Shown piece by piece: positions 24,060 through 43,945 of a stretch of 64,000 bases of DNA (its first letter is position 1; every line of letters begins with the position of its first letter). Location: NCBI RefSeq assembly GCF_009914755.1, contig NC_060943.1; one strand, given 5' to 3'. The notes under the pieces are model-generated. The model was not told the origin of the DNA and searched no databases. It saw nothing but the letters and a program-made list of their open reading frames with translations. Made by a program: the position numbers and the translations under genes. Source of the stretch: the human T2T-CHM13v2.0 reference genome, Homo sapiens.

Positions 24060-24600
24060 CAGAGCAATGGGCAGCGACGCCTGCCCAACCCCTCCTGAGC
24101 GCCCAGCCTCCCTTTCCCGGCCGGCCCCGCCCCCGCGATCACGTGACGCGTGGGGGTTTTCCCGTTCCCCAGGCGTGACGTCACGGCGGGGTGCAGACCA
24201 ATGGGCGCGCAGGCCGGCGGCGCCGGGGAATTCCGCCGCCCCGCCCCCGCCCGCCGCCCGCCCGGCCCGGCCCCGCGCCCCGCGCAGCCCCGGGCGCCGC
24301 GCGTCCTGCCCGGCCTGCGGCCCCAGCCCTTGCGCCGCTCGTCCGACCCGCGATCGTCCACCAGACCGTGCCTCCCGGCCGCCCGGCCGGCCCGCGTGCA
24401 TGCTTCGGTCTGGGCCAGCCTCTGGGCCGTCCGTCCCCACTGGCCGGGCCATGCCGAGTCGCCGCGTCGCCAGACCGCCGGCTGCGCCGGAGCTGGGGGC
24501 CTTAGGTAAGCGGGGCTGGGGTTCAGGAGAGGGGTCTGGGGCGGGGCTGGAGATGCGGGGATTCTGGCGGTCCCGGAGTAGTCTGGGGGTTCCTATGGGA
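24060..24600 (+). promoter_or_regulatory. RELB: RELB CpG-island, TATA-less promoter and 5'UTR
   Basis: GC box ~24125-24134; E-box TCACGTGA 24139-24146; kB GGGGTTTTCC 24153-24162; CRE TGACGTCA 24176-24183 inside the 12-bp palindrome CGTGACGTCACG; CCAAT 24198-24202; kB GGGGAATTCC 24225-24234. NF-kB autoregulation of RELB is established. Confidence 0.92.
24400..24505 (+). CDS. RELB: RELB exon 1 coding part [35 protein letters not shown]
   Basis: ATG 24400; TTAG|gtaagc donor. Confidence 0.95.
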
Positions 24601-25130
24601 GTCTAAGGGTTTCGCGGGGGCAGAGTGAGGGTTCCTGAGACACTGTATTAGGGCGTAGGAAGAAGGCAGAGGGTGATGAGGGGGTACGGCCCGAGGTTCG
24701 AGCGAGGCGTCCCGCTGTAGAGTGAGAGGGGGCGGGGCCTGACCCTGAGGCAAAGAAGGGGGCGTGGCCTGACTCAGAGAAGGCGGAGCGAAAGCTGCTC
24801 TTGGGCGGTATCGGGGCGGGGCCGGGCCCAGAGAGGGAGAAGAGGGGCGGGATCCGACCCGGACTATGAGAAGAGGGCCGGGCCTGACTCAAAAAAGGAA
24901 GCAGGGCCCTACGCTGAGGGGTGAGGGGGCGGGGCCTGGCCGTGAGGGCAGGAAGGGGGCGGGGCCTGAGTTGGCCGAAAGAAGGGGAAGGGGCGGGGCC
25001 TGACTCTGGCCGAGTGGAGGGGAAGGGCCTGTTACCCAAAAAAGCAGGGCGGGGCCCGACACAGAGAATGAGGAGGGGGTGGGGCTTGCCTCCAGACGGA
25101 GAAGCGGAGCCTTGACATTGAAAAAATTAA

Positions 25131-25409
<279 letters not shown>

Positions 25410-25768
25410 TGATCCGCACGCCTCGGCCTCTCAAAGTGCTGGGATTACAGGTGTGAGCCCTTGTGCCCAGCGGGATGGGGACTTTTTAAACTGAGATTGA
25501 GATGGGGTCCCCTCCAGGCCCAACTTTAAGGGAGAAAAGGAGCGGGCCCTGAGTGTGATGAAGGGTGGGGCGAACCACAGAAACTAAAGGCCAGGACCTG
25601 TCCATGATTTAGCTGGTAAGCCTGGCCAGACGCAGGGGGGCAGTCAGGGCGAGGGGCCTGATCCAGAGGGGAAGGGCTAGAAGAGGAAGGGGTGGGGCTT
25701 CCTTGGGATATTCTCTGGTCCTCTGGCTGCCCCCCATCACCTCCTGAGACGTTTCTCCTTCTCTGCAG

Positions 25769-25816
25769 GGTCCCCCGACCTCTCCTCACTCTCGCTCGCC
25801 GTTTCCAGGAGCACAG
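25769..25816 (+). CDS. RELB: RELB exon 2 GSPDLSSLSLAVSRST
   Basis: ctgcag|GG...CAG|gtgagc; 48 nt, phase 1-1. Confidence 0.95.
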
Positions 25817-26009
25817 GTGAGCAGCCCTCCACAGTTCCTGCCCACTCGCTCATGCAGGATGAGGTTGGGAGGACTCCACAGAGATGTCTCTGTTTGGGGG
25901 TTCACGAGGTCCACCTCAGCTTTCTCCTGACAGGGTGCATCCCTCCCTGCCAGTTGAGATGGGCCCCCTAGGTTTTCTTACCTCTTGGACTGTTAAGAGC
26001 GTGACAGGT

Positions 26010-26339
<330 letters not shown>

Positions 26340-27021
26340 CTATCCATGCGCAAAGGCTTCTTTAGAGATTCACTGTGGCTTAGTAGAAGGTAATCACTGC
26401 CATCCTGGGCTTTGGAGCTGGGGTTTACATACTGCTGTCATCGCCCCTCCCTGTGTGAATGTCTGCAAGTCAGTTCCCCAGTTCAGGCCTCAGTTTTCCT
26501 CATCTGTAAGATGGACAGAATAACAGTGCCTCTCTTTCAGGGAAATTGAGAGTATTCAATGAATTGATACAGGTACACTTTCCAAGCAGTATCTGGCACA
26601 CAGTAAGGGTTCAGTAAGTGTTAACTGTTAGTGGTATAATAATAATAACGATAATAATTATTATTACTAGACAGTCTATAACAGTGGTTCATTTTTGGTG
26701 TGTGTGTGGGTTTTTTTTGTCTGTTTTTTGTGTTTTTTTTTTTTTTTTTTTTTTTTTTTTTGAGACAGAGTCTCGCTGTGTCACCCAGGCTGGAGTACAT
26801 TGATGCGATTTTGACTCACTGCAATCTCCACCTCCCGGGTTCAGCAATTCTCCTGCCTCAGCCTCCTGAGTAGCTGGGATTACAGGCACCCGCCACCACA
26901 ACCCACTTTGTGTCTTTAGTAGAGATGGGGTTTCACCATGTTGGCCAGGCTGGTCTTGAACTCCTGACCTCAGGTAATCCGCCCGCCTCAGCCTCCCAAA
27001 GTGCTGGGATTACAGGTGTGA

Positions 27022-28100
<1,079 letters not shown>

Positions 28101-28382
28101 AGAACTACTAGTCTATAAAGTCCCCCAGCCAAAATTCAGTGCTGCCCAAGGAAATGCAGAATCTCAACCAAATTATGACATTTTTTCTTATATACATTTG
28201 CCAGGATTTGGAGGGCAGGGGTAGTCCTGTTGTTATGAATACTCAGTGGCTCCAGTTAGCTGGGTCTGGGCCTTTCTCTGGAGATATAATCTTGGGATGG
28301 ACCCAAGTTCTGGCTTGGCCATTGAAGAAGTGAGGCCGGTTCCCCAACAGGTCTGTGAGTTTAGGGAGGATGGCATCAGTGA

Positions 28383-28751
<369 letters not shown>

Positions 28752-30388
28752 TAGATCTTTGGTTTCAAATGAGAGTTATTTCTGATGTCATCCATTCAAT
28801 AAATATTTATTATGCGCCTGTTCTGTACCTGGCCTTGTGCCGAGCAGTGCTGAGGACAGGCCTGGCCCTGGGGTTCCCTACCTAGATGAGGAGGCAGACA
28901 CGTAAACAATAAGTTAAATATGGGATTATAAAATGTGATAAGGGCTATGAAGAAACCTTGGGGTCAATGATATTTAATAACAGGGTGGGGATACGAGAAC
29001 TAGTGAGATAGAATGGGAAGGAAAATTCCCTTTTTGTTTTTGGAGGCAGAGTCTCATTCTGTCGCCTACACTGGAGTGCGGTGGCGTGATCTAGGCTTAC
29101 TGCAACCTCCGACTCCCGGGTTCAAGCCATCCTCCTGCCTCAGCCTCTCAAACAGCTGGGATTCCAGGCGTGTGCCACCACACGCAGCTGATTTTTGTAC
29201 TTTTAGAGAAACGGGGTTTCACCACGTTGGCCAGGCTTGTCTCAAAATCCTGACCTCCACTGATCCAGCCACCTCGGCCTCTCAAAGTGCTGGGATTACA
29301 GGCATGAGCCACTGTGCCCAGCGAGAAAATCCCCTTCATTGTGAAGGGCCAGACATATGCTGGACCCTGGGGATAAAATGAGGAGAAACAGACATTATTC
29401 CCACTCTTCAATGCTCCCAGTCTATAGGAGACAGGTATGAGTCAGTGTAATGTGAGGTCATGTGACATCTTCATCAGCGCCATGAAAATGATAAAACAGG
29501 CTGGGTGTGGTGGCTCATGCCTGTAATCCCAGCACTTTGGGAGGCCGAGGTGGGTGGATCACCTGAGGTCAGGAGTTCAAGACCAGCCTGACCAACGTGG
29601 CAAAACCTCATCTCTACTAAAAATACGAAAATTAGCTGGGTGTGGTGGCCTGTAATCCCAGCTACTCAGGAGGCTGAGGCAGGAGAATCACTTGAACCTG
29701 CGAGGCGGAGGTTGTGGTGAGCTGAGATTGCATCATTGCACTCCAGCCTGGGTGACAACAGCAAAACTCCATCTGAAAAAAAAAAAAAAAAAGAAAATGA
29801 TAAAACAAAGGCACCTGACTTTGAGGGACTGGAGTGGGGGATAAGGGGACTCTCTTGGATAAAATGGTCAGGGAAGAGCTGTCTAGGATGTGACGTTTGA
29901 CCAAGGAACTGAAGATGGAGGAGGAGGAAGTCACGCCATGCAAAGAACTGGGGGAAGAGCATTCAGGCAGAGACCAGCCTGTGCAAAGGCTGAGGCAGCA
30001 CATACATAGTCAATTTCCTGCTCTCACATCTGCTCTCACGTGGCCCATCCTGGCTGCCCCTGAATGGTGGCAAGTCCACGTTGGGGGTAAAGGGAGGCAC
30101 TGCTATTTGAGCAGAAACTTGAATAATTTCCTGGCTAATAGAGGACTTGAGATAATAATAATATTAACTAAGCTTTCTGGAAGATGTCGCGTGGTCAGAA
30201 CCTGCACTAAGTAGTTTACCTGTGTGATTCTGAATCCTCATGTTAGTTCCTGAGGTAGGAGCTCACACCTCATTTTGTAGAGGAAGCTCAGAGACGGTAA
30301 GTGACTTGCCCAAGGCTGCACAGCCAGTGAGTAACAGCTGAGATTCAAATCAACTCTATGTGACTCTACACTCCATGCTCTAAAATCA

Positions 30389-30675
<287 letters not shown>

Positions 30676-30755
30676 TCAAAAAATAGAAAATAGGCTGGGC
30701 GTGGTGGCTCACGCCTGTAATCCCAGCACTTTAGGAGGCCGAGGTGCGCGGATCA

Positions 30756-31061
<306 letters not shown>

Positions 31062-31920
31062 TTATTATTGTGCCCATTTTACAGATGAAGAAGCCAAGGC
31101 ACAAAAAGGTGAAGTAATAGGCTTATGGCCCCACAACTAGCAAGTTGCAGAGCCAGGATTTGAACAGAGGCAGTGAACCCAGAGCTCCAGCCACAGCCGC
31201 CCAGGACTCAGTCTCCCCCTACAGCCCGGGAGCCTCTGGAGGGTCCAAAGTCTAACTCTGTCTTTGGGTCCCCAGGTTCATCCAGCACAGATGCCTAAGA
31301 AGGATTTTCCCAGTTCAAGTGACTTGAGGTTGGCCCTGCCACTGACCTAGAGCGTGTCCCTTCCTCTCTGCCAGCCTCAGTATCCCCATCTGCCAAATTG
31401 GGGGGACCTTGGCACCCTACTGGCTTCACAGATCCCATGAGATAAGGGGTGCAGGAAAACTACCTTTCAAGGGGCAAAGGTCTGGCTGCCAGGAGCCACT
31501 CCCTGAGAACAGAGGAGGACAGATCTAGCAGCGGAACAGGTTCGCGTCTATAAATCCCCAGCCAGAGACCAGCGCAGGCAGCCCTGGGTGGGACACCTGG
31601 CTGCAGCTGCCTTCCGTTGCTGTGTGATTCTAAGGCTCACTGGCGGCCTCTGGGCTTCCCCTTGTCCTGTCTATGGAATGACGGGAGGTCGGTTTCGATT
31701 CCTCCACGATTCTGTGAAGGGCTGAGCTTTCCTGGGGAGGTGAAAAGGGGCTTCCCTGAGGACCCAGCATTACTGTACCTCCTCACTTAGGAAGCAGGGG
31801 TGAATCTGGGATTTTGGGTGGTCACTGTGGGAGGACAGGGCTGGGGTACAGAGCAAGAGGCTGCCTGGGTTCAGATCAGCCTCTTTGCATCTTTTTGTTG
31901 TTGTTGTTGTTTGTTTTTGA

Positions 31921-32313
<393 letters not shown>

Positions 32314-32631
32314 TAAGACCCCTTTCTAATGGGTTCCCAAAAAGACTTCATAATCCCTGGTCTAAATGTTTTTCGGGAGGCATTTGGCTTAGTTGGAGGA
32401 TACCCTGATGCTGGGACCCCAACATTAGAGGTTGAAAGGATGGTAGCCCAGAGGAGAAGATGAGGTTTGGGGTTTAGTGCCCCAGCAAGTCAGAGCCCAG
32501 GGTTTCCCAGGACGGAGGAAGACGGAAGGGTCACAGGAGGGACAGGGTTGGGGAATCTGTCTTAAAAGATGAAAAGTTGTGACCACTTTCTGGACCTTAC
32601 CTTTCTCTTTCTCTTTCTCTTCCTTCCACAG

Positions 32632-32640
32632 ATGAATTGG
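32632..32640 (+). CDS. RELB: RELB exon 3, 9-nt microexon (D-E-L-E junction)
   Basis: Long CT tract + cacag|ATGAATTGG|gtgagt; yields [14 protein letters not shown] as in RelB. Confidence 0.93.
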
Positions 32641-33148
32641 GTGAGTATCACAGGGCAGGTTTGCGGGGAGGCTGAGGGACCCAAGTGCCTACAGAAGGGG
32701 GTCTTGGCCTTCCTTGTTCAGTGGGGGTGGGGGAGAGGTGTCACTGTGTGACTTCCAGGACTGTGGAGGGATTTGAACGAAGTCATGCTCCTAAGGTACT
32801 TAGCAGTGCTTGACACTTGGAAAACACTCAGCACGCCGGGGGCTGTGTGACTCACACCTGTAATCCTGGCACTTTGGGAGGCAGAGGCAGGAGGACTGCT
32901 TGAGGCCAGGAGTTCAGGACTAGCCTGGGTAACATAGTGAGACCCCCATCTCTACACAAAATTTTTAAAAATTAGCCGGGCATGGTGGTGCGCACCTGTA
33001 GTCCCAGCTGCTCAGGAGGCTGAAGTGGGAGGATCACCTGAGCCTGGGAGGTTGCCTGGGAAGCCGAGGCTGCAGTGAGCTATGATTGCACCACTGCACT
33101 GCAGCCTGGGTGGCAGAGCAAGACCGTGTCTCAAAAAGAAAACCAATA

Positions 33149-33483
<335 letters not shown>

Positions 33484-33763
33484 TTATTAATCCCCCAGTG
33501 AGTACAGACAGACACTGTTTTAGGCCCTGGGGATTTAGCCATGAACAAAACCAAGTCCCTGCCCTCGCAGAGCTGATAGCCCGGTGTGGGAGACAGAGGA
33601 AAATGAACAGATGAGCAAGATAATGTTAGCCTGGGCTGAGAGCTGTGAAAGAAATAAACAGGACGAGGGAGAGATGGCCTGGAGAAGACACATTAGGTTA
33701 GGCTTTTCTGAAGAGATAACATACGAGCTGAGACCAGGAGGAGAAGCAGCCAGCATGGGTTGA

Positions 33764-34318
<555 letters not shown>

Positions 34319-34891
34319 TGAGATGGAGTCTTGCTCTGTTGCGCAGGATGGAGTGCAGTGACGCAATCTCAGCTCACTGCAACCTCCGCCTGACGGTTTC
34401 AAGCGATTCTCCTGCCTCAGCCTCCTGAGTCGCTGGGACTACAGGCACGTGCCACCATGCCTGGCTAATTTTTTGTATTTTTAGTAGAGACAGGGTTTCA
34501 CTGTGTTAGCCAGGATGGTCTCGATCTCCTGACCTCATGATCCGCCCGCCTCGGCCTCCCGAAATGCTGGGATTACAGGCATGAGCCACCGCGCCCAGCC
34601 TATTATTTATTGAGAGACGGAGTCTCACTCTGTCGCCCAGGCTGGCGTGCAGTGTCACGATCTTGACTTACTGCAGTGTCCGCCTCCTGGGTTCAAGCTG
34701 TTCTCCTGCCTCAGCCTCCTGAGTAGCTGGGATTACAGACGTGGGAGACCATTCGGGCTAATTTTTGTAGAGACGGGGTTTCACTATGTTGGCCAGGCTG
34801 GTCTCGAACTCCTGACCTCAATTGATTCACCCACCTTGGCCTCCCAAGGTGTTGGGATTACAGGCGTGAGCCACCGCACCTGGCCTCCCTG

Positions 34892-34991
<100 letters not shown>

Positions 34992-35085
34992 ATGGGATGG
35001 AAAACGTCTCGGGGGTAATCAAGCCTTTTTTTTTTTTAATTTTTTAAAGAATGGGCGTCACCACCCGTTTTTTCTTCTCCCGCAG

Positions 35086-35426
35086 AGATCATCGACGAGT
35101 ACATCAAGGAGAACGGCTTCGGCCTGGACGGGGGACAGCCGGGCCCGGGCGAGGGGCTGCCACGCCTGGTGTCTCGCGGGGCTGCGTCCCTGAGCACGGT
35201 CACCCTGGGCCCTGTGGCGCCCCCAGCCACGCCGCCGCCTTGGGGCTGCCCCCTGGGCCGACTAGTGTCCCCAGCGCCGGGCCCGGGCCCGCAGCCGCAC
35301 CTGGTCATCACGGAGCAGCCCAAGCAGCGCGGCATGCGCTTCCGCTACGAGTGCGAGGGCCGCTCGGCCGGCAGCATCCTTGGGGAGAGCAGCACCGAGG
35401 CCAGCAAGACGCTGCCCGCCATCGAG
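35086..35426 (+). CDS. RELB: RELB exon 4 [13 protein letters not shown]...[34 protein letters not shown]
   Basis: cgcag|AG...GAG|gtgggc; 341 nt; intragenic CpG island. Confidence 0.97.
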
Positions 35427-36274
35427 GTGGGCCCGGCGAGCGGCCCCGGGCGGGTGGGACTGGGGCTTCCCCTGCACCCCGGAGCCATCCACATGCATTT
35501 ATACGTTTATTTGATGGTGGCTGTTGTTGTTATTGTTGGACCAGATATTAATTATACTATCACCTGGCCTGGAATCCAAAAGGTTCAGAAAAAAGGAGGG
35601 GTCGGACATTTGGCTGGGCACGGTGACTCGCGCCTGTAATCCCAGTACTTTGGGAGTCTGAGGCGGGCGGATCCCTTGATGTCAGGAGTTCGAGACCAGC
35701 CTGGCCAACATGGTGAAACCCCATCTGTACTAAAAGTACACAAACTAGCCGAGTGTGGTGGCACAATCCCAGCTATTTAGGAGGCCGAGGTGGGAGGATT
35801 AGCTGAGCCCAGGGAGGTGCAGGCTGCTGTGAGCTGAGATTGCACCATTGCATAGCAGTCTGGGTAACAGAGTGAGACCTTGTCTCAAAAAAAAAGAAAA
35901 AAAAAAAAGAAGGCAGATCGTGGTGCGGTGGCTCAGGCTTGTAATTCTAGCACTTTGGGAGGTCGAGGCGAGCGGATCACTCGAGCTCAGGAGTTCTAGA
36001 TGAGCCTGGGCAAGACGGCAAAACCCCATCTCTACAAAAAATACAAAAATTAGCCAGGTGTGGTGGCACATGGCTGTAGTCCTAGCTACATGGTAGGGCT
36101 GAGGTGGGAGGATCGCTTGAGCCTAGGAGGTCAAGGCTACAGTGAGCCAAGATCGCACCACTGCACTCCAGCCTGAGCAACAGAGCAATACCCTGCCTCC
36201 ATTAAAAAACAAACAAATATATATAACACTGGAAGTAAAAAAAGCAAAGGTGATTACTTTTGGCAGGGTATTAA

Positions 36275-36469
<195 letters not shown>

Positions 36470-37310
36470 TAGTAGAGAAGGGGTTTTGCCATGTTGGCCA
36501 GGCTGGTCTCAAACCCCTGACCTCAAGTGATCCGCATGCCTTGGCCTTCCAGAGTGCTGGGATTGCAGGTGTGAGCCACTGTGCCTGGCCTCTTTGGTGT
36601 CTGTTACAATCTGGATCTGTTCTTCAATCTGTCTTTGTGTTTCGTGAGTTGAACATTTGTGCAGAACAGGACGGATGTTTTGTAGAATGTCCCACATTCT
36701 GAAGCTGGTCGTGGTGGCTCATGCCTGTAATCCTAGCACTTTGGGAGGCCGAGGCAGGCGGATCACCTGAGGTCGGGAGTTCGAGACCACCCTGACCAAC
36801 ATGGAGAAACCCCATGTCTACTGAAAATACAAAATTAGTGCGGCGTGGTGGTGCATGCCTGTAATCCCAGCTACTCGGGAGGCTGAGGCAGAAGAATCAC
36901 TTGAATCCGGGAGGCAGAGGCTGCGGTGAGCCAAGATCGTGCCATTGCTCTCCGGCCTGAGCGACAAGAGCAAAACTCCTTCTAAAAAAAAGAAAAAGAA
37001 AAAGAAAAAAAGAATATCCCACATTCTGGGTTTGTTGGCTGTTTCCAGATTAGGTCAGATTATGCATTTTTGGCAGAAACACTCCAGCAGTGATGCTGTG
37101 GCCTTCTCAGTGTCTCACATCAAGGGACGTGGGATGTCGTTATTCCCAATATTGGTGATGCTGAGTTGGATCCTCCAGCTAATGTGGTGACTATCAGGTC
37201 TCTCCATGATAAAGATACAACTTTCCCTTTGTAATGAATTGGTAAGTTATCTATGGGATGATATACTGAGATGTATCATCCCATGTTTAACTGTATTCCC
37301 CAACTTCTAA

Positions 37311-37604
<294 letters not shown>

Positions 37605-37625
37605 TGAGCCACCGCACCGGCCTAA

Positions 37626-37890
<265 letters not shown>

Positions 37891-38002
37891 TGAACTTCTG
37901 ACCCCAAGTGATCTGTCTGCCTCAGCCTCCCAAAGTGCTGGGATTACAGGTGTGAGCCACCGTGCTCGGACCCCAGAGTTGGTTTTGATTTCCAAGATTT
38001 AG

Positions 38003-38395
<393 letters not shown>

Positions 38396-38595
38396 TGAGG
38401 TTAAAAGAGGGGCAGTTACCTGCACAGGGCACACAGCAAGTTTACTATTGTAATTACCGCCATTTACTGAGTGCTTCCATGTACCAGGTACTTTGCATAC
38501 CTATTTTACACATAAAGACAGTAAGACCCGAGAGGTTTATCTTGTAGATGGCCAGTGGTAGAGCCTGGATTTGGTGCCAGGTCGGACTTATTCTA

Positions 38596-38970
<375 letters not shown>

Positions 38971-39745
38971 TCAGCCCTGGAGTCTGCATGAGTCCGAGAC
39001 TGTTGACTCTAAGCTTTTCAGAATCTCCTACTATTACAGCGGGGAGCTGGTTAAATGAATGGTTTTAACCCTATCTGACCCAGTGAGATTTGTAGACAAT
39101 ATTACCTACCTCTATTCACAGTCACTCCCAAAGTCCATATTTTATTTTATTTTATTATTATTTTTTTTTTGAGATGCAGTCTCGCTCTGTCACCCAGGCT
39201 GGAGTGCAGTGGCATGCAACCTCCGCCTCCTGAGTTCAAGTGATTCTCCTGCCTCAGCCTCCCGGGTAGCTGAGATTACAGGCACCTGCCAGCAGGCCCG
39301 GCTAATTTTTGTGTTTTTAGTAGAGACGGGGTTTCACCATGTTGGCCAGGCTGGTCTCGAACTCCTGACCTCAAGTGATCTGCCTGCCTCAGCCTCCCAC
39401 AGTGCTGGGATTACAGGCGTGAGCCACCGTGCCTGGCCAAAACTCCATATTTTACACCAAACTGTAGTATAAAAGAGAAAAGGAAATTAATACAGCATAT
39501 ATAATCACATTTATTTCAATATGTAAACGCCCCACAGGATATATGAGGAAGGTGGCAGTTGTTTGTGACTATATATAGGCTCCTTGTTAATGCCGTGGCC
39601 ACAAATGCAGCCTGACCCAGCTGCGCAGACTTAGTGACTTATATGTCACACGTGCAGGGTTGCGGTTGGTGAGGGGATTTTCCAAAGTGGCGAACAACTC
39701 TTGGTCTAAACAATTAGTGTGCTGGTTGCAATCTTTGAAAATTCA

Positions 39746-40285
<540 letters not shown>

Positions 40286-40596
40286 TAATGGTATTTTATA
40301 GGCTTGGGCTTTAGAAGTTCAGAGCAGGCTTCAGAAGGTATTTAATGCCAGCAGGGCTGAGCCAGTGACTCAAAGCTGCCAAGTGGGACTGGCCCTGCCT
40401 AACGGGGCTGGTTTTTATTTGCTGCTGCCTGTGGCTGCTGAGCAAAAATTCTGGCTTCACTTGCTATATCTTCCTTTTTTAAAAAAGAAAAATCTGGGGA
40501 GGCCAAGGTGGGCGGACCACCTGAGGTTAGGAGTTCGAGGCCCTGGAGGCTGGGATCGCACCACTGCACTCCAGCCTGGGCAACAGAGAGAATCTG

Positions 40597-40646
<50 letters not shown>

Positions 40647-41398
40647 AATTCTGGAAATCCGAAATAATGTGATGTCTTATAATTTTAATTGTGGGCTCCA
40701 AGTTTTTCCTAATCTTTTACTTGGAAAAAAAAGTTTTAGTTTTTTCCTGTCTAGTTTTTCTTTTTAAGTTTTATTGAGGTATAATTGATGTAAGAAAAAT
40801 TGCACATACTTAATGTATACATTTTGATGAATTTGTTATTATTCCTTTTTTTTTTTTTTTGAGACAGAGTTTTGCTCTTGTTGCCCAGGCTGGAGTGCAA
40901 TGGTGCGATCTCTGCCTCTCAGGTTCAAGCAGTCCTCTTGCCTCAGCCTCCTGAGTTGGTAGGATTATAGGCCTGTACCATCATGCCTGGCTAATTTTGT
41001 ATTTTTAGTAGAGAGGGGGTTTTGCCATGTTGCCCAGGCTGGTCTCGAACTCCTGGCCTCAGGTGATCCACCCGCCTCAGCCTCCCAAAGTGCTGGGATT
41101 GCAGGCACGAACCACCGTGCCCAGCCCTTTTGATTAGTTTGGATGATAAAAGAATTTAAACCTAGAGACCAGGCGCGGTGGCTCACGCCTGTAATCCCAG
41201 CATTTTGGGAGGCCGAGGCAGGTGGATCACCTGAGGTCAGGAGTTCGAGACCAGCCTGGCCAACATGGAGAAACCCCATCTATACTAAAAATACAAAAAT
41301 TCTTGGCCGAGCGTGGTGGCTCAGGCCTGTAATCCCAGCACTTTGGGAGGCTAAGGCAGGCAGATCACAAGGTCAGGAGGTGGAGACCATCCTGGCTA

Positions 41399-41656
<258 letters not shown>

Positions 41657-41659
41657 TTA

Positions 41660-41851
<192 letters not shown>

Positions 41852-41911
41852 TTATTTTTTTTTTTTAATTTTTTTTGAGACAGAGTTTCGCTCTTGTTGC
41901 CCAGGCTGTAG

Positions 41912-42037
<126 letters not shown>

Positions 42038-42828
42038 TAGTAGAGACGGGGTTTCTCCATGTCGGTCAGGCTGGTCTCGAATTCCTGACCTCAGGTGATC
42101 CACCCGCCAGATTACAGGCGTGAGCCACCGCGCTCGGCTGAAAGCTAGTGCCTTTCATCTATATTCACCAGTTGACATTTTGCCACATCTGCTGTGTCTC
42201 TCATTCTGTCTCCGCACAGCCAAACATACACACACACAGATACATACATTTTTGTTTTGTTTTGAGACAGGGTCTTGCTCTATTGCCCAGGCTGGAATAC
42301 AGTGACGCCATCACAGCTCACTGAAGCCCGGATCTCCAGGGTTCAAGCAGTTTTCCCATCTTAGCCTCCTGAGTACCTGGGACTACAGGTGCATTCCACC
42401 ACACCTGGCTGATTTTTGTATTTTTTGTAGAGATGGGGTCTGCACATGTTGCCCAGGCTGGTCTTGAACTCCTGTGCTGAAGCAACCCACCTTCCCTGGC
42501 CTCCAAAAAGTGCTGGGATTACAGGTGTGAGCCACCACGCCTGGCCGACACATTGTTTTTTTGATGATTCATTTACAAATGAATTGTAGCCATCATGCTA
42601 CTTCACCCCTAATTCCTTCAGGATGTATCTCCTAATCATAAGCTCCTCTGTAGCTACAATCTCATTAATCACCTCTAGGAAAATTAGTAATCCCATCAAA
42701 TCATGTAATATACAGTCCATATTTCAATTTCCCAATTGTTTCCAAAATGTGTTTTATAGTTGTTTCTTCCTCCTTAATCCAGGATTTAACCAAGGATCAT
42801 GTTGCATTTGGTTGTCCTATCTCATTAG

Positions 42829-43038
<210 letters not shown>

Positions 43039-43076
43039 TAGTAGAGACGGTGTTTCTCCATGTTGGTCAGCCTGGT

Positions 43077-43198
43077 CTCAAACTCCCGACCTCAGTTGAT
43101 CCACCCACCTCGGCCTCCTCAAACTCCCAACCTCAGGTGATCCACCCACCTCGGCCTCCTCAAACTCCCGACCTCAGGTGATCCCCCACCTCGGCCTC
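43077..43198. repeat. 41-bp unit triplicated inside a minus-strand Alu
   Basis: Units 43077-43117, 43118-43158, 43159-43198. Confidence 0.92.
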
Positions 43199-43305
43199 CC
43201 AAAGCGTCGGGATTACAGGCGTGAGCCACTGTGCGCAGCCCTTCTCTCCTTTTTTAAAAAAATTAAGATATAATTGATCATATATAGTTAAGATTAAAGC
43301 TCTGA

Positions 43306-43945
<640 letters not shown>

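Noticed and set aside
24067-24399. Open frame extending 111 codons upstream of, and in frame with, the RELB ATG
   Set aside because: The ATG lies upstream of the promoter motifs and likely TSS; lack of stops is expected at this GC content.
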